A stretch of 64,000 bases of DNA from Chitinophagales bacterium (GCA_038326325.1 JBBQJW010000004.1:57417-121416), one strand, 5' to 3'; shown: positions 1 to 10,456, counted from the first letter of the stretch. Notes: generated by a model from the letters alone, not told the origin. A program made the numbers and translations.

Positions 1-612
1 AACCCAACCGAGCTGAGCAGGTTTTAATTTATAGAAATATTTAGATGAATTTGCATCAAGGTAATTCTCCACAATATCAGTAGAAGATTCCTTCCAATTG
101 AAAAGAGAAGTGTTTGCAGGAGAAGGATCTTTTACATTATCATCAGCATAATACATTTGATTTTGCGCAGATACAGAACCACCTGGAATCGCAATAGTTA
201 AATTTTTTCCACTTGCTATTTTAAGCTTATGACCATATATATCACTTGCATCAAAATAAACTGATCCTTCTGTGATTAAAGGATTATTGTCACTAACAGT
301 AGGTGTTGAGTTTAAGGCCATAAATCCCCGAACATAATCACCTGTAACACTTAAAACCACCTGACCTGTAAAAGCAGAACCGTCTTCATTTGCAAATGTA
401 TTTGCATCAACAGAAAGTACTGCTGATTTTTTTAAAGTGTCATTTAAAATTCCGATAGCATTTTCAAATGAAATTTGTTCGCTTCCAAAAGCATCGTGCC
501 TGCTGAAATAATTTATTCCTTTCATAGGTCCGAAATCCTGTTGATCATTTCTGCAGGAAAAAAGCTCTATGCTAAAAATCACAACTAAGAAAAAAACGCT
601 AAAAATTTTCAT
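1..612 (-). CDS. Hypothetical secreted lipoprotein (3' end runs off the window start)
   Basis: The reverse frame is open from the ATG at 612..610 down to position 1. It is absent from the ORF track because no stop lies in the window. The N-terminus MKIFSVFFLVVIFSIELFSC resembles a signal peptide with a lipobox-like Cys. Confidence 0.5.
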   Translation of the reverse strand, partial: MKIFSVFFLVVIFSIELFSCRNDQQDFGPMKGINYFSRHDAFGSEQISFENAIGILNDTLKKSAVLSVDANTFANEDGSAFTGQVVLSVTGDYVRGFMALNSTPTVSDNNPLITEGSVYFDASDIYGHKLKIASGKNLTIAIPGGSVSAQNQMYYADDNVKDPSPANTSLFNWKESSTDIVENYLDANSSKYFYKLKPAQLGWV

Positions 613-720
613 GACGGTAATATTTTATTGAGGGGCAAATTAATAAAACTTCTTAAGAAAGTGTCAAACTCAATATCATTTTATGTTAATCGTCTCAATT
701 TATTACATATTTGTCGAATA

Positions 721-1308
721 ATGATAGTAATTGATAATACCATTATTTCAGAGGATCTAATCGATAAACAATTTGTTTGCAATCTTGAAAAATGCAAGGG
801 GGCATGTTGTGTTGAAGGTGAATCAGGAGCCCCTCTTGAACAAGATGAAATTGAAATTATGGATAAGATTTATGAAAAGGTAAAGCCCTATATGTTATCT
901 GATGGAATAAAAACAATTGAAGAATTTGGTAAGTGGGTAATTGATTCAGATGGTGATTTTGTAACACCATTAGTTTCAGGCAGAGGTAGATGTGCCTATG
1001 TTTTTTTTGATAATGGAATTGCGAAATGTGCAATTGAAAAAGCCAATGCGGATGGGAAAATTGATTTCAAAAAACCAATCTCGTGTCATTTATATCCTGT
1101 TCGAATTACGAAGCATAAAGATTATGATGCTGTAAATTATAATAGGTGGGAAGTTTGTTCTCCTGCTTGTGTAAATGGAAAAAAATTAGGTGTATCAGTG
1201 TATCAATTTGTTAAAACTGCTTTGATTAGAAAGTACGGCAACAATTGGTTTGAGCAATTGGAAGGAGCAGCAAAATTTGCAGAAGAATCTACCACCGAAA
1301 AAAAATAA
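721..1308 (+). CDS. DUF3109 family protein (Cys-rich)
   Basis: The motif CNLEKCKGACCVEGESGAPL plus later Cys residues fit my memory of Bacteroidota DUF3109 proteins. The track start at 628 is a TTG; the ATG at 721 (MIVIDNTIISEDL) is the more plausible start. Confidence 0.6.
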   Translation: MIVIDNTIISEDLIDKQFVCNLEKCKGACCVEGESGAPLEQDEIEIMDKIYEKVKPYMLSDGIKTIEEFGKWVIDSDGDFVTPLVSGRGRCAYVFFDNGIAKCAIEKANADGKIDFKKPISCHLYPVRITKHKDYDAVNYNRWEVCSPACVNGKKLGVSVYQFVKTALIRKYGNNWFEQLEGAAKFAEESTTEKK

Positions 1309-1403
1309 AATATTCTAAGGAAATACTCCAAGATATTATTTATAATTATAAAAATTTTCTTTTCTGAATTCGAAAACTCAATCCCTACTTTCGTCGGCAC
1401 TTT

Positions 1404-2378
1404 ATGAATCGCAATCTTGATGAAATTCGTAAGCCCGTTGAAAACGAATTAAGATTATTCGAAGAGAAATTCAGTGCATCGATGAAAACGAAAACACCTT
1501 TGCTCGATGCGATAATGAAATATATAGTTAAACAAAAGGGAAAGCGTGTTCGACCCATGTTTGTTTTTTTATCTGCCGCGGTTTCAGGAGAAATAACTGA
1601 AGCAACTTATCGTGGGGCTGCATTAATTGAACTGTTACATACTGCCACTCTCGTTCATGACGATGTAGTAGATAATTCAGATGAACGAAGAGGCTTTTTT
1701 TCCATTAACGCACTCTGGAAAAATAAAATTGCCGTTCTCGTTGGGGATTACCTGCTTTCAAAAGGATTATTACTTGCAGTAGGCAATAAAGATTTTAGAC
1801 TACTCGAAATTGTTTCCGATGCTGTTCGCGAAATGAGTGAAGGCGAATTGTTGCAAATTGAAAAAACACGCAAGCTGAATATTACAGAAGAAATTTATTT
1901 TGAAATTATCAGGCAGAAAACGGCAACGCTAATTTCATCGGCATGTGCAGTAGGAGCGGCTTCATCCAAAGCTTCAGATGAAATAATTTCCAAAATGAAA
2001 TTGTTTGGAGAAAAAGTTGGAATTGCTTTTCAGATAAAAGATGATTTGCTTGATTTTGGGAGTGAAGACACAGGAAAGCCACACGGCCTTGATTTGAAAG
2101 AAAAAAAAATGACTCTGCCACTTATTTATGCTTTGAGCAAAGCCTCATCATCAGAGAAAAAAAGAATAAAAAATATAATTCGAAATCATAACGATGAACC
2201 TAAGTTGGTTAATGAAGTAATTGAATTTATTAATAAAGAAGGAGGAATGCAGTATGCGACTGAACAAATGAATTTATATAGAGATGACTCAATAAAATTG
2301 CTAAGCGAGTTAAAAGAAAATAAATCTTTACAGTCCTTAAAAGACCTTGTTTTTTTTACCACTGAACGAAAAAAATAA
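1404..2378 (+). CDS. Polyprenyl diphosphate synthase (trans-isoprenyl diphosphate synthase family)
   Basis: Both Asp-rich motifs are present: LVHDDVVDNSDERRG (FARM) and FQIKDDLLDF (SARM). The length of about 324 aa is typical of octaprenyl/solanesyl-PP synthases. Confidence 0.85.
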   Translation: MNRNLDEIRKPVENELRLFEEKFSASMKTKTPLLDAIMKYIVKQKGKRVRPMFVFLSAAVSGEITEATYRGAALIELLHTATLVHDDVVDNSDERRGFFSINALWKNKIAVLVGDYLLSKGLLLAVGNKDFRLLEIVSDAVREMSEGELLQIEKTRKLNITEEIYFEIIRQKTATLISSACAVGAASSKASDEIISKMKLFGEKVGIAFQIKDDLLDFGSEDTGKPHGLDLKEKKMTLPLIYALSKASSSEKKRIKNIIRNHNDEPKLVNEVIEFINKEGGMQYATEQMNLYRDDSIKLLSELKENKSLQSLKDLVFFTTERKK

Positions 2379-2483
2379 AATATTTAAAACAATACCTGTT
2401 TTATTATTATTTTATTTAAGGTAATTTAGTTAAGGGCTTATTTGCTATTATGAAAAGTAATTTTACCTTTGAAACCAATGCTT

Positions 2484-2491
2484 TAAATTTG
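2484..2491 (+). promoter_or_regulatory. Candidate Bacteroidota -7 box (TAaaTTTG) upstream of the OmpA-family gene
   Basis: Exact match to TAnnTTTG, 40 nt upstream of the ATG at 2531. No well-spaced -33 TTTG was seen. Confidence 0.3.
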
Positions 2492-2530
2492 ATTAAAAGC
2501 GACATAAATTTTTACAAGTAAATAATCATC

Positions 2531-4279
2531 ATGAGAAAAATTTACCTCTTATCAATCCTCTTAGGACTTAATTTATTAAGTGTTAATGTGAAGGCACAAA
2601 CTCCTTACGATACATCTGCTTATAAACCAATTTTGCCCCTATATCGCGATGTTATCGGAGATACAACAGTTATTTCAAAAAAGAATATGCCTCAGCAAAA
2701 ACAGTTTGAAAAGGGGCAATATATTTTTCCACCTAAACCAAAAAATAAATGGGAAGTTGGGTTAAATGGTGGATTATTATTTATTAGCGGTGATGTTTCT
2801 ACTAGAGGAGGATGGGGAGTTGGTCTTGATGTAAAGAAGTCTCTTGGATATGCTGTCAGTTTGAAAGGTCAATTTTTACATGGTTCAACAAAAGGAATTA
2901 ATTGGCAAGGAAACACAGGATTGGCAAACAATCCGGTTTTAACTTCAGCACACCCCGCTACAAATTATTATGGAAACGGAGGAATATTTTATTACAACTA
3001 CAAAACAGATATTGATGAAATTAATATGCAGGCTGTTCTTACTATTAATAATATAGGTTATCATAAAATTGCACGCGAAAGAAAATGTAATTTATATGGT
3101 GGATTAGGGGGCGGTTTTATGAATTATCGCACTATGATGGATGCATTGGATGCAAATGGTAATAGATATGATTTTCAATCAATTTATACCAATGGAACAT
3201 ATACTGATAGGAAAACTACTTTAGCCGCGTTGAAGAAAATTTTGGATGGTACTTATGAAACAGCAGCAGAAGGACAACCAGATCAACCTAAATTTTTTGA
3301 CAGGGTTACAAAACCTGTTATTACTGGAAGTATTGGCCTTGGGTTCCATTTAACTCATAGATTGAATTTAAATATTTCCGAAAAACTATCAATTACAAAT
3401 GATGACTTATTAGATGGTCAGCGCTGGCAGGAACATCCTTCTTCTGATCCTGTGTTAACAGGAAATTTTGATACCTATCATTATATCAGTGCCTCACTTG
3501 GATACTTTATTGGTGGAAGAAAAAGAGTTGAACCTTTATATTGGCAGAATCCAAACGACTATACTTATGATGCAATACAAACCTTAATTAAAAAGAATGT
3601 TGATGATTTAGTGGATACTGATGATGATGGAGTTGTAAATAGATTAGATAAAGAACCCGGAAGTGAACCTAATGCAATAGTTGATACACATGGTGTAACA
3701 CAGGATTCTGATAAAGACGGAATACCTGATGCTAAGGACAAGGATCCATTTTCACCCATTGGTGCTAAGGTTGATGTTGATGGAATTCCTACTGATACCG
3801 ACAAGGATGGTGTGCCAGATTATCATGATAAGGAAGTTAATACTAATCCTGCAGGATTAGTAGATGCAAACGGCAAAACAATCACAGGTGGAGGTGCCGG
3901 AGGTTACTGGTGGTTACCAATGATTTTTTATGATTTAGACAAAGACTTTATCAAACCTGAAATGTTTGAAAGAATGAAATACATTGCTACTGTAATGAAG
4001 ATGTATCCTGATTTAAAAATTGTTGCAGTTGGTCATACTGATATTCGCGCTTCAAATAAATATAATGATGATTTGTCAATGCGTCGCGTGAACAATGCAA
4101 AAAAATTCTTGTCTGATACTTATGGAATTGATGGTAGCAGGATCATAACTAAATCAAGTGGTGAAACTGATAATTTGGTTAAGAATCTTCCTGATGCTTA
4201 TAATGCGAAGTATGAAGGACAGCAATATTATAATCGTCGTGTAGAATTTAAAGTTTACGACTCTAAGACTGATAAATAA
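2531..4279 (+). CDS. OmpA family outer-membrane protein with thrombospondin type-3 (DxDxDGxxD) repeats
   Basis: Signal peptide, then repeated DTDDDGVVN / DSDKDGIPD / DTDKDGVPD calcium-binding motifs. The C-terminal OmpA-like domain is visible in VGHTD..., LSMRRV and NRRVEF. Confidence 0.85.
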   Translation: MRKIYLLSILLGLNLLSVNVKAQTPYDTSAYKPILPLYRDVIGDTTVISKKNMPQQKQFEKGQYIFPPKPKNKWEVGLNGGLLFISGDVSTRGGWGVGLDVKKSLGYAVSLKGQFLHGSTKGINWQGNTGLANNPVLTSAHPATNYYGNGGIFYYNYKTDIDEINMQAVLTINNIGYHKIARERKCNLYGGLGGGFMNYRTMMDALDANGNRYDFQSIYTNGTYTDRKTTLAALKKILDGTYETAAEGQPDQPKFFDRVTKPVITGSIGLGFHLTHRLNLNISEKLSITNDDLLDGQRWQEHPSSDPVLTGNFDTYHYISASLGYFIGGRKRVEPLYWQNPNDYTYDAIQTLIKKNVDDLVDTDDDGVVNRLDKEPGSEPNAIVDTHGVTQDSDKDGIPDAKDKDPFSPIGAKVDVDGIPTDTDKDGVPDYHDKEVNTNPAGLVDANGKTITGGGAGGYWWLPMIFYDLDKDFIKPEMFERMKYIATVMKMYPDLKIVAVGHTDIRASNKYNDDLSMRRVNNAKKFLSDTYGIDGSRIITKSSGETDNLVKNLPDAYNAKYEGQQYYNRRVEFKVYDSKTDK

Positions 4280-4301
4280 TTTTTATTAAATAATTTTGAA
4301 A

Positions 4302-4328
4302 GGCTCACAGCAATGTGAGCCTTTTTTA
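4302..4328 (+). terminator. Rho-independent terminator after the OmpA-family gene
   Basis: GGCTCACA-gcaa-TGTGAGCC perfect 8-bp stem (4302-4321) followed by TTTTTT. Confidence 0.7.
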
Positions 4329-4333
4329 TTTTA

Positions 4334-4714
4334 GTGAACGCCAAACTTTTCAATTATGGAAAACGATTTCATCAGAACCATCTGCTTAAATTTCCAGAGG
4401 TAACAGAGGATATTAAATGGGGACACGACTTGTGTTTTCTGATTGGTGAAAAAATGTTTTGTGTAACAGGAGTGGAAGGTGACTTTGGTGTTTCGTTAAA
4501 AGTAAGCGACGAAGAGTTTGAAGAACTGTCATCAAGAGATGGAATAATTCCTGCTCCGTATTTAGCGAGACACAAATGGATATTTATTAACGACCCAAAG
4601 TGTTTTACAAAAAGAGAATGGGAACATTATCTCAAACAATCTTATGAATTGATAAAATCAAAATTGAAAAAGAAGAAAGTTTTCTCACTCGAAGGGATTG
4701 GCAAAAAAAGGTGA
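4334..4714 (+). CDS. MmcQ/YjbR family DNA-binding protein
   Basis: FPEVTEDIKWGHDLCFLIGEKMFC and PAPYLARHKWI fit the YjbR fold family. Apparent GTG start. Confidence 0.65.
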   Translation: MNAKLFNYGKRFHQNHLLKFPEVTEDIKWGHDLCFLIGEKMFCVTGVEGDFGVSLKVSDEEFEELSSRDGIIPAPYLARHKWIFINDPKCFTKREWEHYLKQSYELIKSKLKKKKVFSLEGIGKKR

Positions 4715-4814
4715 TTTGAAATATTTTATCCGCTGGTAGTTTTCAAATTGCACTAAAAGAAAAAGGGGCGCAATCTTTCGACTACAACCCCTTGGAATTT
4801 ATTCTTTCTGAAAA

Positions 4815-5780
4815 TTAATGTCCTCCGATGTAACTGTTTAAATCAGAAACAGAAGATTCAAATTCAAATGCATCATTTACTTTAAAATAATTTCCTTTAT
4901 CGTAAGTGTGACCATAAGCAAATTTTGCAAATTCTAATTTCGATGCTTCGAAATCGAATAACTGCATAATTTGTTTTACCTGCTCAGCTACCACACAATT
5001 AGAACCTATGATCTGTTTAGCAATATCAAGTTTTGTACTCTCAAAAGATTTGCTTGCAATTGAAGATTTTGCAGATTCAAAATCACCGGGAGCCATCGGC
5101 ATCGGACAACCTATTGGTCCGCCATAACCTGGAACATAAACAACTGTTGATTGTGTAACAGTCGGGTCAACATAACCGCCGGAAGTTGTTGTTGTTTGGC
5201 TGTAAGTAGTAGTTGTTTGTGAAGAATTCATTCCTGTTCCGTCATTCACATTTACATTCATACCAACACCAACTCCGCCGAGATTCATTCCAACATTCAT
5301 GTTTACATTATCGTTTGGATTTCCTGTTGTCGTAGTTGTAGTTGTTGTTTGTTGAACTGTTCCACCAACTGGCTGTGTTACAATTGTAGTAGTTGGAATA
5401 GGTGAACCATAAACAACTACATATTGATTTGGAGCAGGCGGTGCATTTGGAATAATTGGAACAACCGACATCACGCGCATTACTATTTCTCCCTTCGTAT
5501 TTTTCTTAATGTTATAAGTGTATTCACCGGGATCAGTGAAGCCAATTGATTTATCTATGTCTGGAAGATTGTTGTTCTCGAAAATTATTTTGCACTTATA
5601 CATTGTTGCATTTAATCCTGAAACTTTCACATTGGTTTGTGGGTCGGGATTTTGTTTTACTGCATTGATAACAACCCAGAATTTTTCTCCGTCTTCAGAG
5701 AAAAAAACACAGTTGAATTGTGCATCTGCTTTCAGTATAAAACTTAAAAACAGAACAGCGAGAATTGTAAATTTTTTCAT
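4815..5780 (-). CDS. Secreted protein with Thr-rich low-complexity linker and C-terminal DUF4476-like domain
   Basis: Signal peptide MKKFTILAVLFLSFILKADA, poly-T/N/G linker, and a C-terminal FESAKSSI...FEASKLEFAKFAYGHTYDKGNYFKV pattern typical of DUF4476. Confidence 0.6.
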   Translation of the reverse strand: MKKFTILAVLFLSFILKADAQFNCVFFSEDGEKFWVVINAVKQNPDPQTNVKVSGLNATMYKCKIIFENNNLPDIDKSIGFTDPGEYTYNIKKNTKGEIVMRVMSVVPIIPNAPPAPNQYVVVYGSPIPTTTIVTQPVGGTVQQTTTTTTTTGNPNDNVNMNVGMNLGGVGVGMNVNVNDGTGMNSSQTTTTYSQTTTTSGGYVDPTVTQSTVVYVPGYGGPIGCPMPMAPGDFESAKSSIASKSFESTKLDIAKQIIGSNCVVAEQVKQIMQLFDFEASKLEFAKFAYGHTYDKGNYFKVNDAFEFESSVSDLNSYIGGH

Positions 5781-5854
5781 GTGTTAAAGATTTTAGAATT
5801 TGGGGTATTGTAAAGACTGTGCCAAAATGGGAATTTTTTTTGAATCACTGAAAT

Positions 5855-7009
5855 CTACTTCAACACAGTTCTTGATATTACCATGCGCTGAACTTCTGAA
5901 GTGCCTTCATATATCTGCGTGATTTTTGCATCTCGCATTAATCGCTCTACATGATATTCTTTTACATAACCATAACCACCATGAACTTGTATTGCTTCAA
6001 CTGTTGTGCGCATTGCCATTTCGGAAGAAAATACTTTTGCTATGGAACCGGATAAAGTGTAATCAAGATGCTGATCTTTTTCCCATGCAGCTTTCAAACA
6101 TAAAAGTCTTGCTGCTTCCACTTCAGTTGCCATATCAGCGAGTTTAAATTGTATCGCCTGGTGATGCATGATTTCTTTTCCGAATGCTTTGCGTTCCTTG
6201 GAATAAGCGAGCGCTAATTCATAAGCGCCGGAACCAATACCCAACGCTTGTGATGCGATTCCGATTCTTCCGCCCGCTAAAGTTTTCATAGCGAACTTGA
6301 AACCGAAACCATCTTCACCAATTCTGTTTTCTTTTGGAACAATTACATCCTGAAACATAATTGTATGTGTATCACTCCCGCGGATTCCTAATTTATTTTC
6401 TTTTCCACCCACTATAACTCCCTTCAGGTTTTTCTCAACTATGAATGCGTTGATGCCACGACTACCTTTTGAAGCGTCAGTTTGCGCAATCACTAAATAA
6501 ACCGAACAGGAATTCCCATTGGTAATCCAGTTCTTGGTTCCATTGAGAATATAATGATCGCCATTATCAATTGCAGTTGTGCGTTGTGAAGTTGCGTCAG
6601 AGCCGGCTTCAGGTTCTGAAAGACAGAACGCTCCGATATATAATTCGCCATCTTTATTTCCTTGGGCAAGCGGCGTGAGATATTTTCTTTTCTGTTCTTC
6701 TGTTCCGAAAGTTTCTAAACCCCAGCAAACAAGAGAATTATTTACACTCATGCACACTGAAACTGAAGCGTCAATCTTGCTGATTTCTTCCATCGCAAGT
6801 ACATAAGAAACCGTATCCATTCCACTTCCTCCGTATTCAGGTGAAACCATCATTCCCATGAAACCCAACTCAGCTAATTTTTTTATTTGCTCTTTCGGAA
6901 ATTTCTGATTTTCGTCGCGCTCGATTACTCCGGGTAATAATTCAGTCTTCGCAAAATTTCTTGCGGCATCGCGAACGGCGATTTGTTCTTCAGTTAATTG
7001 AAAATTCAT
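5855..7009 (-). CDS. Acyl-CoA dehydrogenase (short/medium-chain type)
   Basis: Full-length ACAD architecture with motifs GAFCLSEPEAGSD, QALGIG and YEGTSEVQR. Confidence 0.9.
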   Translation of the reverse strand: MNFQLTEEQIAVRDAARNFAKTELLPGVIERDENQKFPKEQIKKLAELGFMGMMVSPEYGGSGMDTVSYVLAMEEISKIDASVSVCMSVNNSLVCWGLETFGTEEQKRKYLTPLAQGNKDGELYIGAFCLSEPEAGSDATSQRTTAIDNGDHYILNGTKNWITNGNSCSVYLVIAQTDASKGSRGINAFIVEKNLKGVIVGGKENKLGIRGSDTHTIMFQDVIVPKENRIGEDGFGFKFAMKTLAGGRIGIASQALGIGSGAYELALAYSKERKAFGKEIMHHQAIQFKLADMATEVEAARLLCLKAAWEKDQHLDYTLSGSIAKVFSSEMAMRTTVEAIQVHGGYGYVKEYHVERLMRDAKITQIYEGTSEVQRMVISRTVLK

Positions 7010-7042
7010 TCTTGAAATTTAAAGATGGCGAAAATAAATATT

Positions 7043-7070
7043 TAGTTGGCAGTTTGCGATTGGCAGTTGG
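7043..7070. repeat. Tandem heptamer array AGTTGGC x4 (degenerate)
   Basis: AGTTGGC|AGTTTGC|GATTGGC|AGTTGGC in the intergenic gap between two minus-strand genes. Confidence 0.6.
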
Positions 7071-7089
7071 CAGAATTTTCGGAACAGCA

Positions 7090-8082
7090 TCAATTCTTTT
7101 TTTTCTGATTTTCACTTATAAATTCTTCGCAAACCCATTTTATAGTTTCATTAAAATCGCGGTACCTGAAATTCAGCGCTTCACAAACTTTAGAGTCATC
7201 ATAAAAAAATTTATTGCCCGAAGTGCGAGCCGATTCAACAGTGACCAATGGTTCTTTCCCAATTAATGAAAGAAGAGATAAAAATCTCGCGCCGATAATA
7301 GCAGTAGATGAATTCACTTTAAATTTTGGTCGAGGTTTATTGAATGCATCAGCAACAGCAAAGAAAAAATCTTTGTAAGTCATGTTCGCGGCGCTGCAAA
7401 CAAATCGTTCGTTTACGATTTCACTTTTCATTAACTGAACGGCAATCTCACAAACATCTCGCACATCAGTCATTCCATTTCCGCCAACCGGATATGCTTT
7501 CAATCCGTTGTAAACTGTTTTAAATAATTTGCAGGTGTTATCATTCCAATCGCCCGGTCCGAAAATCATTGTCGGATTAATTACTACGGCATTTAATCCT
7601 TCCGCCACTCCACGCCACACTTCCATTTCAGATTTATGCTTGCTGATTGCGTATCGCGTGTTGAGTTTATTTTCTTCCCACTTATGTTTTTCTGAAATCA
7701 GTTCCTGTGCTTCCGTTCTTCCGAGCGATGCGACCGAACTTACATGTAACAGTTTTTTTATTCCTGAATTTAAACACTCATTCACCACATTGGCTGTGCC
7801 TTCCACATTCACTTTCATCATTCGTGCTTCATCTTTCTTATAGAAAGAAACTATAGCGGCGCAGTGATACACCTGTTCGCAATCCTTCATCGCTTCTTCC
7901 AATGAAAACACATCAAGCACATCACCAATCATCCATTCCACTTTTGAAATTTCTTCTTCAGTTAAAATGAAATTCTTTTTTCCGCGATGCAACGCGCGAA
8001 CAGAAGTATTTTCTTTCAGCAATCTTCTGATTAAATACTGACCGAGAAAACCTGTTGCGCCAGTGACTAAAACTTTTTGCAT
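7090..8082 (-). CDS. NAD-dependent epimerase/dehydratase family (extended SDR) protein
   Basis: N-terminal VLVTGATGFLGQYL Rossmann motif and YAISK catalytic motif. I prefer the ATG at 8082 over the longer track ORF, which runs to 8163. Confidence 0.8.
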   Translation of the reverse strand: MQKVLVTGATGFLGQYLIRRLLKENTSVRALHRGKKNFILTEEEISKVEWMIGDVLDVFSLEEAMKDCEQVYHCAAIVSFYKKDEARMMKVNVEGTANVVNECLNSGIKKLLHVSSVASLGRTEAQELISEKHKWEENKLNTRYAISKHKSEMEVWRGVAEGLNAVVINPTMIFGPGDWNDNTCKLFKTVYNGLKAYPVGGNGMTDVRDVCEIAVQLMKSEIVNERFVCSAANMTYKDFFFAVADAFNKPRPKFKVNSSTAIIGARFLSLLSLIGKEPLVTVESARTSGNKFFYDDSKVCEALNFRYRDFNETIKWVCEEFISENQKKKN

Positions 8083-8172
8083 CAGCGGCGAAAGTAATTC
8101 AGAGTTAAGAGTGAAAATGATTTCATGGAAAAAGAAAAGTTCTCTCAGAAAATATTTCCCCACTTCATTTTT

Positions 8173-8207
8173 CTAACAACTAACCATAAACAACCAACAA
8201 CCAAAAC
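8173..8207. repeat. Tandem heptamer array CYAACAA x5 (degenerate)
   Basis: CTAACAA|CTAACCA|TAAACAA|CCAACAA|CCAAAAC in the divergent intergenic region upstream of purF. Confidence 0.55.
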
Positions 8208-8208
8208 T

Positions 8209-8216
8209 TACATTTG
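8209..8216 (+). promoter_or_regulatory. Candidate -7 box (TAcaTTTG) for purF
   Basis: Exact TAnnTTTG match 20 nt upstream of the ATG at 8237. Confidence 0.3.
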
Positions 8217-8236
8217 CCGCTCAACTTTCCGATTGA

Positions 8237-10126
8237 ATGAGTGATGCCATCAAGCACGAGTGCGGAGTAGCGCTAATCAGATTATTAAAGCCGCTTGATT
8301 TTTATAAGGAGAAATACGGCACGCCCCTTTACGGGCTCAACAAATTATATCTGCTCATGGAAAAGCAGCACAACCGCGGTCAAGACGGTGCGGGAATCGG
8401 AGTGGTGAAACTTGGAAATAATTCGCGCTCGCATTTCATGAATCGTCAGCGCTCGACTTCTCCTCAGGCGATTTCAGAAATATTTCAGCAGATAGGTTCT
8501 AAAATTTCTGAACTCAAAAAACTGAACTCAGATTTATTCGACAACACCGAATGGCTGAAAAAGAACGCGCAGTTCGTGGGCGAATTGCTCATGGGGCATT
8601 TGCGTTACGGCACGCACGGAAAAAACGAACTGGAAAGTTGCCATCCGTTTATCATTAACGACCAATCTGCTTTGCGCAGTTTGCAGATGTGCGGCAATTT
8701 TAATCTCACCAACATCGAAGACTTAGGAAATTATATTGAAGAGAGTGGCGACAAGCCCGACACTTCCATCGTGCTTGAACGAGTGAGCGCGCACATGGAA
8801 ACGGAGATTGAGCGAGTGCATAATGAACTGAAACAGCTCACTGTTTCGCGTACCGAACTCAATCAGAAAATTGGCGAGCAAGTAAACTTTCACAACATTC
8901 TGAAAAACGCGACCGCTGAATTCGATGGTGGTTACAACATGGTTGGCTTGAGCGGAACCGGTGTCGCTTTCGTGCTACGCGACGCGCATGGCATTCGCCC
9001 TTCGTTTTATTATGTGAATGATGAAGTGGTGGTCGCCGCGTCGGAGCGCACCGCGATTCAAACCGCGTTCAATGTTCCGGTTAGTGATATTAAAGAACTC
9101 ACTCCCGGTTGCGCGCTCATCATTGACCAGAATGGAAATGTGGGCGAACACGAATGTCAGCCGCCGCAGAAAAAAACTTCTTGCAGCTTCGAGCGCATTT
9201 ATTTCAGCCGCGGAAGTGATACGGATATTTATAACGAGCGAAAAAAATTAGGTGAGTATTTAACCCCGCAGGTGGTTGAAGCTATTGACCACGATTTTAA
9301 AAACACGGTTTTCTCTTTCATTCCCAACACCGCCGAAATTGCATTTTACGGATTGATAAAAGGCGGAGAAGATGTGCTGAACGAATGGAAGATGAAGGCC
9401 ATTCGCGAACCCGCCGCTCTCACCGATGATAACCGCGCCCGCGAAATTATTTCGCGCCGTTTGCGCATTGAAAAAATCGCCATCAAGGATGTGAAGATGC
9501 GCACCTTTATCACGCAGGACAGTGAGCGCAACGAAATGGTGGAGCATGTATACGACATCACTTACGGCAGCATTCGCCCAAACATTGATTCCCTTGTAGT
9601 GATTGACGACAGCATCGTGCGCGGCACCACGCTCAAGCGCAGCATCATAAAAATGCTCGACCGTTTACAGCCGAAAAAAATTGTAATCGTATCAAGCGCT
9701 CCGCAAATTCGTTACCCCGACTGTTACGGTATTGATATGAGTAAGATGGGCGAGTTCATCGCCTTTCGAGCGGCGGTCGCCTTGCTGAAGGAGAGAGGAA
9801 TGGAAAATAAATTAGATGAAGTTTATGATTTGTGTAAAATGGAAAATGAAAAATCGGTTGAGCAAATCGTAAACAAAGTGAAACTGATTTACGAACCATT
9901 CACCGCTGAAGAAGTGGCGGCGAAGATCGCGGAGTTAGTAAAAGATGAAAGCGTGAACGCGGAAGTGCAGGTGATATTTCAGAAAATAGAAAACCTGCAT
10001 CGCGCCATTCCCAATCATATCGGCTCGTGGTACTTCAATGGAAATTATCCGACACACGGCGGCAACAAAGTAGTGAACCGCTCCTTCATTAATTATATGG
10101 AAGGAAAAAGTGTGAGGGCTTATTGA
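8237..10126 (+). CDS. purF: Amidophosphoribosyltransferase (long Bacteroidota-type, class II glutamine amidotransferase N-terminus)
   Basis: N-terminal MSDAIKHECGVALI (Ntn Cys), NRGQDGAGIG, and a PRTase-type VVIDDSIVRGTT motif. Confidence 0.85.
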   Translation: MSDAIKHECGVALIRLLKPLDFYKEKYGTPLYGLNKLYLLMEKQHNRGQDGAGIGVVKLGNNSRSHFMNRQRSTSPQAISEIFQQIGSKISELKKLNSDLFDNTEWLKKNAQFVGELLMGHLRYGTHGKNELESCHPFIINDQSALRSLQMCGNFNLTNIEDLGNYIEESGDKPDTSIVLERVSAHMETEIERVHNELKQLTVSRTELNQKIGEQVNFHNILKNATAEFDGGYNMVGLSGTGVAFVLRDAHGIRPSFYYVNDEVVVAASERTAIQTAFNVPVSDIKELTPGCALIIDQNGNVGEHECQPPQKKTSCSFERIYFSRGSDTDIYNERKKLGEYLTPQVVEAIDHDFKNTVFSFIPNTAEIAFYGLIKGGEDVLNEWKMKAIREPAALTDDNRAREIISRRLRIEKIAIKDVKMRTFITQDSERNEMVEHVYDITYGSIRPNIDSLVVIDDSIVRGTTLKRSIIKMLDRLQPKKIVIVSSAPQIRYPDCYGIDMSKMGEFIAFRAAVALLKERGMENKLDEVYDLCKMENEKSVEQIVNKVKLIYEPFTAEEVAAKIAELVKDESVNAEVQVIFQKIENLHRAIPNHIGSWYFNGNYPTHGGNKVVNRSFINYMEGKSVRAY

Positions 10127-10173
10127 TTTTAGAATTCAGATTTTTGATTGGAGATTATTTGTGATTGATGCTT
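10125..10173. repeat. Heptad-phased GATTNNN array (about 7 units)
   Basis: GATTTTA|GAATTCA|GATTTTT|GATTGGA|GATTATT|TGTGATT|GATGCTT starting at the purF stop codon. Confidence 0.5.
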
Positions 10174-10192
10174 TGAAAATGAAATGGATTAG

Positions 10193-10456
10193 ATGAATTT
10201 GCGCAAGCGAAAAGAAAACGAACTCAAATTCGGGAACTGGAAAGAAACAGATTCAGGAAGAATTTATTTCTTCGAAGTGAAAGGTAGAAAGGGATGGAAA
10301 GCTCGTTATGTGAAAGAAGTTGACTTGAATGAGAATACTTTGAAATTTTTTCAGGAAATTTACAACGAAGAAAATGTGTTAGTAGAATTGCACGAGAAAT
10401 TTCCGATTGATAAAGGACATAAAAAAATTAAAGGAAATGGAAATAACAAAAGATAA
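10193..10456 (+). CDS. Hypothetical small basic protein (87 aa)
   Basis: ATG-initiated ORF. It overlaps the next ORF by 20 nt. I recognise no family. Confidence 0.4.
   Translation: MNLRKRKENELKFGNWKETDSGRIYFFEVKGRKGWKARYVKEVDLNENTLKFFQEIYNEENVLVELHEKFPIDKGHKKIKGNGNNKR

Noticed and set aside
628-720. N-terminal 31-aa extension of the DUF3109 ORF in the track
   Set aside because: It starts at a TTG and adds a basic, non-conserved-looking segment. The ATG at 721 gives the expected protein size.
6961-7266. 101-aa plus-strand ORF spanning the acyl-CoA dehydrogenase start, the heptamer array and the epimerase 3' end
   Set aside because: It overlaps two supported minus-strand genes and reads through a tandem repeat, so it is likely spurious.
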